Both the position numbers and the translations under genes were made by a program. Positions 42,001 through 54,778 of a stretch of 64,000 nt of DNA are shown one piece after another. The stretch's first letter is position 1. Every line of letters starts with the position of its first letter. The notes under the pieces were generated by a model. It had not been told where the DNA came from. It did not search any database and was given only the letters and a program-made list of their open reading frames with translations. This DNA comes from Adineta vaga (taxonomy: Eukaryota > Animalia > Rotifera). The stretch is taken from the NCBI GenBank assembly GCA_021613535.1, contig CP075495.1:8060001-8124000 (forward strand), written 5' to 3'.

Positions 42001-44777
42001 CAGATATTTCAAATATTATATGTTGATTATAGTTTACTTTAATGCCGAAGGTAGTATTGCTTCTAATATTGGCCACCATTGTTCAGTACGATATGCTTGA
42101 ACAATATGATTGTAATAACTAAAAATGAAACCTTATGACGAACTTAAATATTCTACAATCTTTACTTTAATGCCTTTTCATAATCTTTACTTGACGCATA
42201 TTCTTCAGCTAAATTATACACTAAAACAAATATAATCGAGTATTAATATATAATTCCATAAAAAAAATAGTATTGCATACTTAAATAAAGTTTCATACGA
42301 TTGGATGAATGTTTTTTAAAATTAGTAATTGCTTGAACAAGTAATGAAATGATCAATTCCTAGAAAAACGAAAATATAATATCTGTAATTCTTTATTCTA
42401 TGAAATCAAACATACGGAATGATTAACACGAGATTCAGCATCTCGTAATGCTGCTATTGCTTCTCGTTCTTTTTGTGCATCACTAATTTCCATACCTTAA
42501 ATAAATCAATGAAATTCAATCTAAATCTTGTTCTTATTAATGAAGAAAATCAAAACTTTTTTGTTCAACAATCTTAGCCATAACAATATAAATAGATATA
42601 GTTTCTCATGAACTCCATTTTCATTATTTTGTCAAGCAAACCGATAGATACATATGAATAGAATAGTTAACGCAAAAGCAAAAAATGTATTTCGATATCT
42701 ATTCAAAGAAGAGTTTAATTTAAACAAAGAAGCAAATATATATAAAAACATCATCATGTATTGTCTTTCATTAGACTGTTATATTTATACCAACATATTC
42801 GTTAAGCAGAAATAATCTTTTATTATAGCATTCAAACGTTTATATCGAAAGTAAATTTATAGAAATTTTTCTCTACGAATAAACTGTAAAATTGATGTTT
42901 TAGATGAGAAATAAGTCATTATCATATGACTGTTATATATTTTATCGAACTAAATATCTACAAATTTACTTTAGATTATAACATTCATGCATTAGCTCAG
43001 TCTTTCCATCACCATTATTCGATACATAGTTTAGTTCTTAGCTTGTTTTTTCGATTAGTATATCCTTTGACCATATCTTACATAAATAGATAACCCATGA
43101 AAAAAAGAAAACAAACCTTTTTGTATTTTAGTTAAAGTTCTACCTATAATAGGTTGACTATTATTGTAGCGAAAACTCGAAGGATATTTTCTTTTCTTTA
43201 TTCGTTTTTATTCTCTTAGATTTACTTTGATGGTGTTGTCTCCATGGTCGTTGTCCATAGAATTCTGTTGGCTTTAAAAATTCACTCGAATCAAAATCTG
43301 CTTGTTCAATACGACGACATGTTGTGTGAGCAATTTGTTTGCGTGCCATAGATTGATATGCTGATTCTTGATAATAGAAACCAGGATGTTGAGTTTGAAT
43401 GGCTTGTGGACATCGTGTGAATAAATCGCCAAATGTTTGAAATCTAAATGAATCAAAAATGATGTTTTTGTTTTATTAGCAATATTTGAAATTCATGATT
43501 ACTGTTTCGAAAGCCATGCTTTGTGTTCAAATGCTAAATCGACTGGACCACCTTTACTTTTGAATATATCAGCATGACGACGAAAATGATTGATAGCTTC
43601 AACTGGTTGTGATAATTCAAATGAAATTCGACAGATCTAAAGTATAATTTTGTTAAATTAGTTACTCTTCTCGTTCTATTCTATATACTTTATATGTTAA
43701 AAATCCAGCGATCATTTTCATTTCTAATATATTTGTATCATGAATTCGAGCATTTTCAGTTAGATAACTATATGCATTTTTGTATGCTTTCACAGCACTT
43801 GGTATGTCTTGTTTTAATTCCGAAAAGAAACCAACTTTAAATTGATGACGAATATGTAATAATTGATGTGTTATATTGTTTAATGTTTCTTTATGTTTTT
43901 TAACACGACGAATTTCATTCATATAATAATTTTGACTACTTTCAATAAACGTTTGTTCTAATCTAGAGAAAAAACAAAGTATTCGCTATTTTTTTCGAAA
44001 AAACAAAATCCATTGTATTGATAGCAAACCTATCGATCCACGCAGAAAGATTATCAGGTTGTGGAAGAACAGGTAATACACAGAGTGAACGTTTTGGTAT
44101 ATCAAAATAAGTACAAAGTGTATTAGCCATTTGATCACGTTCAGAACTGTAGACATCATCAACTAAATAAACAATCAAATAATACCATCAGAATCGTTCT
44201 ATTTCATTAGATCGAAACGATATACATACCAGTTGGAAAACTATTTTTGTTTTGAAGTAATACTACTGAAATTGTAGCATCACGACCATCAAGATTTGTT
44301 CTATGATTATCAATCGAATTTAATGAATTGTTAATTCTATACTTAATCGATGACTTACCTAACCATATCAATTTTATCTTTCAATTCATTTTGTTTCTCT
44401 TTAAAGGATGGATCATTCCAATCCAGTTCGAAAAAAATGACTACTAAACTTGGTATTAAATGCAAATGTTTGTGCATCCAATTCGTTTTTAATATTCCTT
44501 TCGGAACATACCATTCATATGTTGCACGCTATGAAATTCGAATCAAATAAGAAATCATCACAGGTAAAAGTTGTCAACAAACTTTAGCTTTGCTATGTGG
44601 ATATTGTTCATCAATATCGACAAGTCGATAACGTAAAGGACCAGTTGGACGTTCCTTATCGAGTAATTCCCATATCGAACGATGAACAGATTGATGACGT
44701 GTATCGAGATTTGCTAAACAAACAAGACCTCGTGGTACGACTGAGAGTTCTTCAGGCATAATACAAGCCCAAGCCAT
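39090..44777 (-). CDS. TRAPPC11: Trafficking protein particle complex subunit 11 (foie gras domain), multi-exon
   Basis: [121 protein letters not shown]. Stop TAG at 39090-39092. Confidence 0.93.
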
Positions 44778-45057
44778 GTCAGCAAATGTTTTATATTAAC
44801 AGACAAAAATGGTTTTTTTATGTGTTCGTCTGTTACTTCTTTCTAAAAAAGATAATTTTTTCGATGACTCATCACAAAACTAGTAGTCATCTTTTTCACC
44901 AATACAAATCTTTTCCTAAGGCGCCATCTCGCACGTTTTAAAAATGACTATCTATACTATCTATAGTATTTTCATCGTATAATTCTGAAATATTTAAGAT
45001 AAATACAAAAAAAAGAGAAAAATTACAAAGAAAATATGAAACGCAAAACGAAAAAGA

Positions 45058-46683
45058 TCAGTATGATTTTTGTAAACGTTCGTCAATGACCATTTTCAAT
45101 GGATTTTCAATCGGTTCTTCCATATCGAGTATAGTCATACGTCGATTTCGTCGTACTCGATATACTACACGAGCAATACCTGCTAGTAAAAAGACACCTA
45201 GTACAACCGTAATAATACTTATAAATGCATAATAGCCAATATTTCGATCATTATTCTCTGATCCACCTGAATCGGGTTTATTTATTAAGCATTTCGAAGT
45301 TATTAATTGTTCTTGTATATCACAACGTATTCGTCTCATATCATGTAAACATTTTGGCCGTTTTAATGAATCATTTTTAACTATTTGAATAAATTCATCT
45401 TGATAGAATAGATCAACAACACAATTACATTGATGTGTTTCATCTAATTCTAAATGTAATAAATTGGGTGACTTATTAAATATACTAAAATAGGAACAAA
45501 AATAACTATCATTAAGTGTTTGACCAAGAAGACTTATTTGAATTGTTTGATTTGCTGATGTACTTAAACGATTTAAGAAATCAATAATCATCTTTTCTGT
45601 TAAATTGATATAAGAAATATTTATTGAAAGAAGATTATGAAGATTTGGTACATAATTTTGTATAATATTTTCATCGGTATTATAACTAATAAAACTTTCG
45701 GAAAAGTCAATAATTTTTAAACTTTGTAATGCTTTCAAAAGATTTGTTTCAAGAAATAAATCTAATTGTTGTTGTTTTAAAATTAAATGTTTTGTGTAAC
45801 TGTATGCCAACCAAGTATAGTTTTTATCAATGAAATTAATTGAATTGTTACTTAAATCAAGTTTATTCAGTTCCATTAAGACACCATCAACCATATTTGA
45901 TGAAAATGTTTTAAAATTTGGATTATTTCGTATAATTAATTCTTTAAGATCCAATGACCATGCTTGAAATGTATGAGGATTTATCAATTGAAGACCTGTT
46001 GAAGATATTTCTAAAGATTCACTTGTAGTTAAAAATATTGCAAGACTTTTATCTGTTAATTGAGTAAATGATGGACATTCACGAATTAATAAACGTTTTA
46101 TATTAGTAGGTTTTCGTACAGTATTCAAAAATCCAGTTAGACCTGATTGTTGAAAAATTAATTCATCAATTTCGAGACATTCACCAAAAAAAATCGTATC
46201 AAATATTGGACGACCATTGAAAGTATTAATATTAAGAAAACGTAAACGTTTTAATTTAATATGATGAAACGCATCAGATCTTAATGTAATACTTGAAGGA
46301 TTGGTTGATTGCTCAATATCGATAGATAAAGTTGAATTTGCAGGAATAATCAGACTATTCGAAAATGCATCAGAATGAATTAGTGTGATATTAATTAAAC
46401 GAATTGTAATCGAATGATTCGATGGAAATGTCAGATTTTCAAATGCATTTGCTTGAATTTGTTTGAAATTTAAAAAGAAATATTCTTCAACCGATGGTAA
46501 GAATGAAAGTGAAGGAAAGTATGTGTTATCTGTTTGATTTCCATAATTTCCATCACATATAACAGTATTTGGTTTACTATCACAATCACAAAATTCAATG
46601 AGTGAACAATCTGAATAGATCGTATTGAATCGTACGATGAAAAGATAGAAGAAAAGGAAAAACGATGTCATCATCAATGACAT
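45058..46683 (-). CDS. Single-pass leucine-rich-repeat cell-surface protein, intronless
   Basis: Signal peptide, Cys N-cap (CSLIEFCDC...VIC), LRR units (LKELIIRNNP, LNKLDLSNNSI), Cys C-cap (HQCNC...PKC...C), TM helix followed by RVRRNRR and a short tail. Confidence 0.85.
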   Translation of the reverse strand: MSLMMTSFFLFFYLFIVRFNTIYSDCSLIEFCDCDSKPNTVICDGNYGNQTDNTYFPSLSFLPSVEEYFFLNFKQIQANAFENLTFPSNHSITIRLINITLIHSDAFSNSLIIPANSTLSIDIEQSTNPSSITLRSDAFHHIKLKRLRFLNINTFNGRPIFDTIFFGECLEIDELIFQQSGLTGFLNTVRKPTNIKRLLIRECPSFTQLTDKSLAIFLTTSESLEISSTGLQLINPHTFQAWSLDLKELIIRNNPNFKTFSSNMVDGVLMELNKLDLSNNSINFIDKNYTWLAYSYTKHLILKQQQLDLFLETNLLKALQSLKIIDFSESFISYNTDENIIQNYVPNLHNLLSINISYINLTEKMIIDFLNRLSTSANQTIQISLLGQTLNDSYFCSYFSIFNKSPNLLHLELDETHQCNCVVDLFYQDEFIQIVKNDSLKRPKCLHDMRRIRCDIQEQLITSKCLINKPDSGGSENNDRNIGYYAFISIITVVLGVFLLAGIARVVYRVRRNRRMTILDMEEPIENPLKMVIDERLQKSY

Positions 46684-47557
46684 TAAGAATGAATGTAAAT
46701 ATCTTTTTGTTTGTCATTATCTTATCTTTATTTCTTACATTGTCACTTGATAAAATTTTAACTTGAAACAAAAAAAAGAAAAAGAAATTACAATATCTTG
46801 CATTTATATGATATTTTTGAAAAAGTGCTTTGCAACAGTTTTAGAAAAAAGAAAACTGTCGATAATCTCAAAGACATATTCCAGAAATGAAGATTATTTA
46901 TTATGTTTTGAACAGATGTTTAGTGTTTTGTTTTTCTTTGTAATTGATTGAAACTTTTAATAGAAATAAACGTCTCGGATCAATAAATATCATTGTTAAT
47001 GTAAGTGGTAAAGAAGTCATTTTAGTTTGTTTTCATAGATGTCATTCGGAATATTTATTAACTCACATTTGCCTTAAGTGTAGCAAAGTTTTCAATAAAT
47101 GTACATTGGTTTCATATTCAATTATTTTAGAATCTTATTCTTTCAACATCTTAATAGATACTTAGATCGAATCGTTTGCAAAATAAGAATAGGAAAAGTA
47201 ACGGAAAATGTTATTTCCTATTATTGCGTTCCTTTAGAATTGATAATAGTTCTGTCCCATGGTACTAAATAAAGATACAATTCTATAGAAATATTTCCTC
47301 CTACCTCTTTTTCTCTCTAAAAATAATTTCCAATGAGTAATAGCTGGATTCAAAAGCTCTTGATACATATAAGATCTTCAGCGACATGTGATCTTTAGCG
47401 TATTTTGATTCACACCAACCTACGATACTAAATAAAGATTGGTATTCATTTTTCTGAAATCTCATCTTTTTGTTTTTCCTATTAGATTTATATTTATATA
47501 TATAAAGGCTGATATAAGAGCCGTTCCGTTTCCCATAACATCGAATATTTACTTTCA

Positions 47558-48011
47558 ATGAATCAGGTAAAGTACATTACGGTCTAGTTGTTGAAAGACG
47601 AACTTATCCCTTAGATTCTATTTTTAGCATAGCATTTCTATATTTTCAACTTCATATCTACGAATGTACATTGTCGTTTTTGTACTCATTATATGTATGA
47701 ATCATCATTATGTATTCGCGAATGATAATTCGAATGAAATGTCTTCGGAAAATGATAATCAAGAGGAAGCATTTGTTTTGAAAAATGCTATACCAGATGA
47801 TATTCAATTCACTCGACGTGGTGTTTGGTCTCGTTTATTTCGACAGGAACATAATCCAACACGAACAAATAATCGTATACATTATTCGCCTACAGCAGCT
47901 GCTCACACTCTTCATACTGGTAAAATTCATATTATACCATTTGATAAACGTACAATTCCGGTTGAGCTTCAAAAAGCTCTTTATGCTCATGGAATCGTAG
48001 GTCGACGATGA
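47558..48011 (+). CDS. Neuropeptide/prohormone precursor A; predicted mature peptide TIPVELQKALYAHGIV-amide
   Basis: Micro-exon MNQ (47558-47566), intron 47567-47627, exon 2 in frame. Hydrophobic signal peptide, acidic spacer, RR and KR sites, terminal G-RR-stop amidation signal. Confidence 0.85.
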
Positions 48012-48343
48012 GATTAACAACATTCTGATAACATATGTCATGTCAATTAATTCATTTTCTTCTCTTATATTCATTAAACAGCAATTTCATGCAGAAAAAA
48101 ATCTTATAATTGTTGTATTCATCGATTAATAAATATATACGGAAGAGTGAATTCATAGCATATTTTCTATTGCAATCTTCGATACATGCTCTTCACACCT
48201 AATGCTGCCCTCTATCTGAGTATGGTATTCATGACAACTCATAAGTTAAAGTTGTAAGAATGGTTGTTGACAGTTCTTCACATATCTACAGTTAGTTTCT
48301 TGCATTTTTTTTGCTACCAAATAGATAAAAATCATTCGCTATA

Positions 48344-50247
48344 ATGCCAGAAAAGTAAATCTTATTTGGTGACATTTTTATTTAATTCTTGTTGAATTTC
48401 ATAGACCAAGATCTCGACCATTAAGTGCGAGTCGTCAACGACGACATAGTAGTCGTCGTGCAAGTTTTAGTGGTAACTTGACTCCGCCAGAAATGATTAC
48501 TAATTCCGAAGAATTAGTACCTGAAAGTACCGTCTATTATGGTGGCTTGGATCTCCGTTCAACCGAAGAAAAACTTCGAAGTTTAGAAAAAGAAATGGAA
48601 CTACGAAAAGATGATTCTACTGTATTTATTTCAAATTATTCCATGGAAAGCATCTTTTATATTATCTATTTTTTTAGCCTGAAGAACATCTACAAGCTCT
48701 TGTGTTAATACAACTGTATACAAGTCTTGAATATGGTGAAGCATCTTTAGAAAATGCTCGTGCTTATTTAAATTTAGGCAAATTTTATTTCGAACAAAGA
48801 AGTAATTTGTTCTTGTCAATTTTTCAAAGAAGAATTTTCTCTTTCTCATTCCATAGATTTATTACCACAAGCTAAAGTTCATATACTGAATGCTCGACAA
48901 ATTCTCGAACAAATGAAAATCTTACCAAAGAATGATCATCTTGTACAAAATTTACTTGCCTATGAAATTTATTTTTTATTAATTAAATATTCTTTACAAG
49001 CTAGACAATACTCCTCTCAACGTGATATTAAAACAAAGAATAAACATATTCTATCAATTGATACAACTCATATCGATCATGATCTTAATCGAATTGAAGA
49101 ATATCTTGAAAAATTACAACCATTAATGAGTTCATCGGATTATGATGAAAAATATCGAGAATTCCTTTTGATTAAATTCGATGTAATTATTAGTAATACA
49201 AAAGAATTTAATGCAGATATATCTGAAATTATCAAAAGTATTCTAGCAATTCTAGACAAATATCCATCAGAAGAACAAATAAGACAAAAAATTGATATCT
49301 ATTTACGTAGTGGATTTTATTTCATTAGTTTTGAACGTAATATTACTGAAGGTTTAAAATATTATAAAGAAGCAGTTGAATTAGCCGAAGAACAAGAACA
49401 ACATGCACCATGCGATGTAAATAAATATCAATTAGGAAATGCTTTATTTCAATGGGGAAGAGCACGTATAAGAGCAGATAAATTAACAGGTAATAGTCTA
49501 ATAGTTACTTGTTGTAAATTGTTAATTATTGATATCATATCTAGATAATACAGAAAGGAAATTGACACGTGCAATTGATATATATAGACAAGTAAATGGA
49601 GAAAATGATAAAAATGTTCTTCGTGTAATCGATGAATTAGCAACTTTCTATACAAAAATGGAAAAATTTCAAGTTTGTCAAGAATATTCTTCGAAAAAAG
49701 AAAGTTTTCTTGTTGTTAATTGTAGGAAGCTTTAAATATTCTTTGTGAAAGTTTACCTGATAGACGAAAGCTATATAGTGAATTTTCTGACGAATTTATT
49801 CAAACCGAATCACGTATTGGTGCTATTTATTTACGTGAATGTGAATATCTTAATGCAGCTGAACATTTCAAAGAAGTATAGCATAAGATTTTATTTTATT
49901 TCACAAATACAATTGTTTTGTTTTAGTGCCTTGAACTTCAAGAATTTGTCTATGGTTCAAAAGATCCACGTACATGTCAAACACGTGATGCACTTGAAAT
50001 TTTGAAGAAGTACGATATTTTTTTTGTTTTCATATAAAATTGAGTATTAATCTTCATCATCTTTGATAGAGATCCAACGGTTTCTCGAACATTTTTCTCT
50101 CGTACACAAGATGGAATTCGTCAAGATCGACCAGCTTTTCGCTATTCAAATAAAGTTTCTCATGATAAGGAAGATCATGATTTATTATTTACTGTAACAA
50201 AAAAACCACCGATCGGTTCCAAAAATTCAAGTTTTATTGATAAATAA
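48344..50247 (+). CDS. Tetratricopeptide-repeat protein (TTC23-like), multi-exon
   Basis: Helical repeats: LEYGEASLENARAYLNLGKFY, LLPQAKVHILNARQIL, GLKYYKEAVELAE, RAIDIYRQVNGEND...DELATFY, CLELQEFVYGSKDPRT. GT-AG exons; stop at 50245-50247. Confidence 0.75.
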
Positions 50248-50335
50248 AAGATGTATTGTTTAACATACATAAATCTTGGTTAGATATATGAAGCATTAAT
50301 GAATATAAATGATAGAAGTATATCTACAATAAAAC

Positions 50336-52782
50336 TCAAATACTATAACGTTCTGGTGCCATTTGAATAAAATCATCAAATATTTGTGGAATTGGATATT
50401 TTGTCAATTCATCAACTGTAGATTGCGATATTGGAAAACCCCAAAATTTAAATAATGGAACTAGATTTTGACCAACTTGATTAGAATACATTTTTATCCA
50501 ATAATCCATTTTGTCTTGATTAGAATCAAGATCTGGCTTTGTATTTTCATATTTGCGAAAAATATCTTTATAACTTTCCCAACCATATTCTCGAACTAAT
50601 TGAGCATAGATAAACAATGCAACACCGGGATTTTCTTTCCATTCATCAAAATTCGAGCCATCTGTTATATATTCTTTTGTTCGAGACAGTTGATCTTTTA
50701 ACCATGAATGTATCCAGGGTTGAAGATGACAAATTTTATCCATAGCATGTAAAGTAAATATATTTACTGTTACTTCACCAGTACCATCAAATGCTAAATA
50801 GACAGAATCAATTTTGCTTAGAAAATAAATGATCGAAAACATACTCCACCAATCTTGTTGCATATTGTGACCAATTTCATGAAATAAACCCCAGGCTCCT
50901 TGTTTCTCTAGTTTCTCACTATTGAATAGAAAATCGTCTGATTTGGGATCACTTACATCCATTTGTGTCACAATTGGATATCCACTATCTACAAAACAAT
51001 TGATTTCTTCTCGTTTTTTATTTTAACAACAAGTCGAACAAGATGAATATCTCTATTAAACTTACGCATATAGCCAACAGATGGTTGTTCATCGCAAACG
51101 ATTCGTTCTCGATGAGTAGGTTTTGTTCCACGTAAATCATGATGTGCTAGAATAACTGTATCCCAAAATTGTAAAGCTCGATCTAATTGAGCAGATGTTA
51201 GATGTACAACACTTTTCGATGGAAGATTAAATACAATATATTTTCCTGCAATATCAGCCCATAGACCTTGTGACTCTGAACGTTTATGATCCCAGGCTTC
51301 AAAACGATTTGAATCCGTTAGATCATATGTTGGTGTTGAAACAACATGATGAAGATTAACTGTAATGGAATTAGATTCACCTTGAGGACTTTGAAGAAAG
51401 AGTAAACCACCAAATGCTGAATTCATTCGTATTTTTTCGGAAGATAATGGTTTACATATGGAAATACAAGGCCAACGGCGAAGTTCATCACAATTCTATT
51501 TATAAAAGTAGATTTCTTTTTTTTTATTGAAAGAGATATAAAGCATACTCCAAGATCATCACTATGACATCCAATTCTAGCTGACCATCCATTAGATCCT
51601 TTCTGTTCTACAACATCAATTTGAATTGGAATACCAGCAACCACATAATATCCTAATAAATGAAGAAAAAAAACTTTTGTTCGATCCAATCTAAATCCTT
51701 CACGACTGATCTTACCAGTACAATACCATTCGCTCGCTTTCGATTCAATATGACATTGTACATTTGTTAAAATAAGTGGTGGTCGATCAAAATCACCAGG
51801 AAAATGTCGGACTCCTAGAATTTAATATCGAACCATTCATTTTCAATTCAATGGAGATATGAAAACCTGGTGCTTTAATTCCTGGTAAACCACACATAAT
51901 GCCACAAATACCAGTTGATTGTTCTCGACAATTTTTATCTCTAATTGGACATGTATTCATTGGAATGATATCTTCATTTGCGCTCATAACAATACTCTGT
52001 AAAGTTTCCATTGGAACTCCTGGTAATGTATCACCTAATTCTTTTACAGCTGATCCAATAATAGCTAAATCTTGTCGATTATTTGGATCACGTGCTAAAT
52101 CTTTGACAACATGATAGACATTTTTAAATTTAACTAAATCTTCTCGAAATTCAATTGGATTAGAACAATTTGCATAATTATCGGTCACTTTTACGCCGAT
52201 ATAATCACAAAAACGAGCAAATGGAAAATCTGACAATAGTTTCCCACTATTTCCTTGTAGCCAACCCCATGCAGTTGTTCCACAGATCAATGCTCCGCCA
52301 CGTTGCAGAAAATCACACTAAAATAAAAAGGAAAAAAATATCAGTCTAATTATCATCGTCGACATGATTCTCGATGTTCTTACTAAACCATTCATAAAAG
52401 TATCAGATTTCTTGTAATGTCCATCCCAAACTAGAATTTTTCCATGTGTAGCTATATCATGCATAGATTTTGCTTCATTAATTGATAAAAATTCTGCTTT
52501 ATGTCCGTGTGCAAGCCATTGTCGACAATTTTCAATAAAACGTCGATTTTTTTCTTCGATATTTAAGAATATTCCTGGATAACCATTATGTGCAAATACT
52601 AAACAACGTCCATGACCAAATCGAGTAGCGACAATAATAACATTATTTGAATCTTCTCCACATAGAACTGCACGAGTATCATTAGTTAATGGAATTAATG
52701 TTCCAGGACAACCAATTTTTTCGAGTGAAGATATTCCATTGAATATGACTTTTGAAACTTGATCAAATTCTTCATCACGCAT
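50336..52782 (-). CDS. TCAF/FAM115-type M60-like (enhancin family) metallopeptidase
   Basis: GHGRCLVFAH, GGALICGTTAWGW, WYCTGYYV, SAFGGLLF, ERIVCDEQPSVGYMHSGYPIV, WGLFHEIGHNMQ...GEVTVNIF and NLVPLFKFWGFPI. Multiple short introns. Confidence 0.9.
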
Positions 52783-53872
52783 GTTTTTATCTTGTAATCA
52801 AAACAAAATCTATCAACGATGTATATAAGTAAGTTGATGTTTCGATATTATGAATCATTCAATGACATTAAACAAATGCACGAGTCGTAGTATCGAGAAA
52901 GAAAAAGAACCATGCAAATATTCAAACAGCATCTGACACATACACGTTGTTTTTTCTTTTCTTCTTTCTTCGAAATCTATTCAATGGGTAACAGCCGACA
53001 TGTAATTCGAGCATTCGTATAAAACAATTATAAATCGAAATTATTCTATCAAATTCTGGTGCTCGAATTCCAGTCTTTTCTTCCCATTACTTATTCATTC
53101 GAGTTGAATAAGTCAATCTAGAATTGAATGAATCAGTATTTCGTATGTGATATATTCATGAAAATATCATTTATCATCCATTAAATGACGACTATTTTTT
53201 CTCGCTTATTAATTGATAAGTTATGGATTATATTGAATAGAATCAATCCTTCATCATCTACTAAGCACCTTGATGGAATGATTATTTGCTAAATCATATT
53301 CAGTGTTGGATAGTAAAAACTATAGTCTGCGATCCAAAGCATCGATTTATCCTTAGTTTCATTATCTTTTCTCACGTAATTCAATGCCGTTTCGTGTATA
53401 GAAGAAAAAGGTGGTGTAGCTTTGTACAAACCTTGTGTTTCGACAAAATATAGTTATACTTGATCAACTCCGGTTGTCATCATTTCCTTAGCAATGTTGA
53501 TAACTCTCATATAGATCAAATTTTGCATGTTTTCTCTTTAATGATTTGTTTCCATGACATCTCCTTTTGAAAACCATTTATTTTTGTTTTTTACGATCAA
53601 AACATAGACTGCAAGTTATGTAATACATACATTTTTTGCCCACGTCTTTCTCAACCTTATTGGAAATAGATTAAACCGTCAACATTCGAGTAAGGTTGAC
53701 TAATGCTAAAGAGTAAATATGGTTTCTTAATGAGCGTATAAAACGTTACGACGTCAAAGTACACAAAACGATGTAAACTACAATGGCGTTTTACTGAATT
53801 TTTGACGTATAAAAGAGCGAGTAAACCGACTATATATTCAAAATGACAAATGAATTTTAATATTATACTCAG

Positions 53873-54186
53873 ATGGCAAACGGTACCTTAGAAGTTACTA
53901 TCGTCGAAGGACGCAATCTTAAAGATTGTAATATAATCACTGAAAATGATGCATATGTGGAAATTTATTTCAATAAAAAATATCAATAACGCACTAGAGT
54001 GATAAAAAATTGCAAGAATCCAGTATGAAATGAATGATTTCAATTTAATGTTTATAAGGGTGATGATACTATTCATTTTGATGTATTTGATGATGATTTA
54101 ATTGGTCGAGATTTCATTGGTAATGGCAAGGTGAAGTTGAAAAATTTTTCCGATGAGAATAAATTTGATGATTGGATCAAATTATT
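53873..54186 (+). pseudogene. Single C2-domain pseudogene, intronless, with three in-frame stops
   Basis: MANGTLEVTIVEGRNLKDCNIITENDAYVEIYFNKKYQ*RTRVIKNCKNPV*NE*FQFNVYKGDDTIHFDVFDDDLIGRDFIGNGKVKL...DDWIKL. Stops at 53987, 54026 and 54035. Confidence 0.85.
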
Positions 54187-54742
54187 TTTAATATTTGTGT
54201 TGTCTAGTTTTATCATTTAATAAAACAAATTTGTACAGCCCAAGTTGAACAATCGTCTGTGTTGTTAGATATAGTTTCTCAATATTTTTTATTGATACAC
54301 TCTAAAAGATTTCTTTCCACATACTGCAGCTGTTGTACTCTCGAATGTCTCAAATATATGACTTCCCTGTCATTTGTTATTACTTTGTAGAAAAATTCGA
54401 TGACACAACAATAGATCATCACATGACATCACAGGATGTTAAGAATAATATGAGTACCTATCACGTCGTAGGAAGATATGATTATATGTGCATGAAAATA
54501 ATAACATTATCGAAATTAAATATTAATTATATGTCTTTAAGAACAAACAGGATGAGAAGGTCGATATGCCTGCGCCTACTCAAATCAAGATGATACTATA
54601 TGATCTGTTTGTAAATAATAAACGGAAGATTTCTATCAAGTTAATTTATCATATTATAGATTTGATTTCGTCTTGAAAGAAAAGGTCATGATTTTGATTA
54701 AACGGCAGATGTTAATTGTCTCTATCACGTTTTTGTCTTATC

Positions 54743-54778
54743 ATCATAGTCATGCAGGCACTACTGCATGACTATGAT
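54743..54778. repeat. Perfect 15-bp inverted repeat with 6-nt spacer
   Basis: ATCATAGTCATGCAG-gcacta-CTGCATGACTATGAT. Confidence 0.9.

Noticed and set aside
42500-43215. Unusually long TRAPPC11 intron (long introns also in MED13) as a host for a snoRNA or nested gene
   Set aside because: No convincing C/D or H/ACA structure or ORF visible; an Infernal/Rfam scan would be needed.
53230-53500. Coding-looking minus-strand fragment (FVETQGLYKATPPFSSIHETAL...)
   Set aside because: Short, interrupted by stops, and matches no family I recognise.
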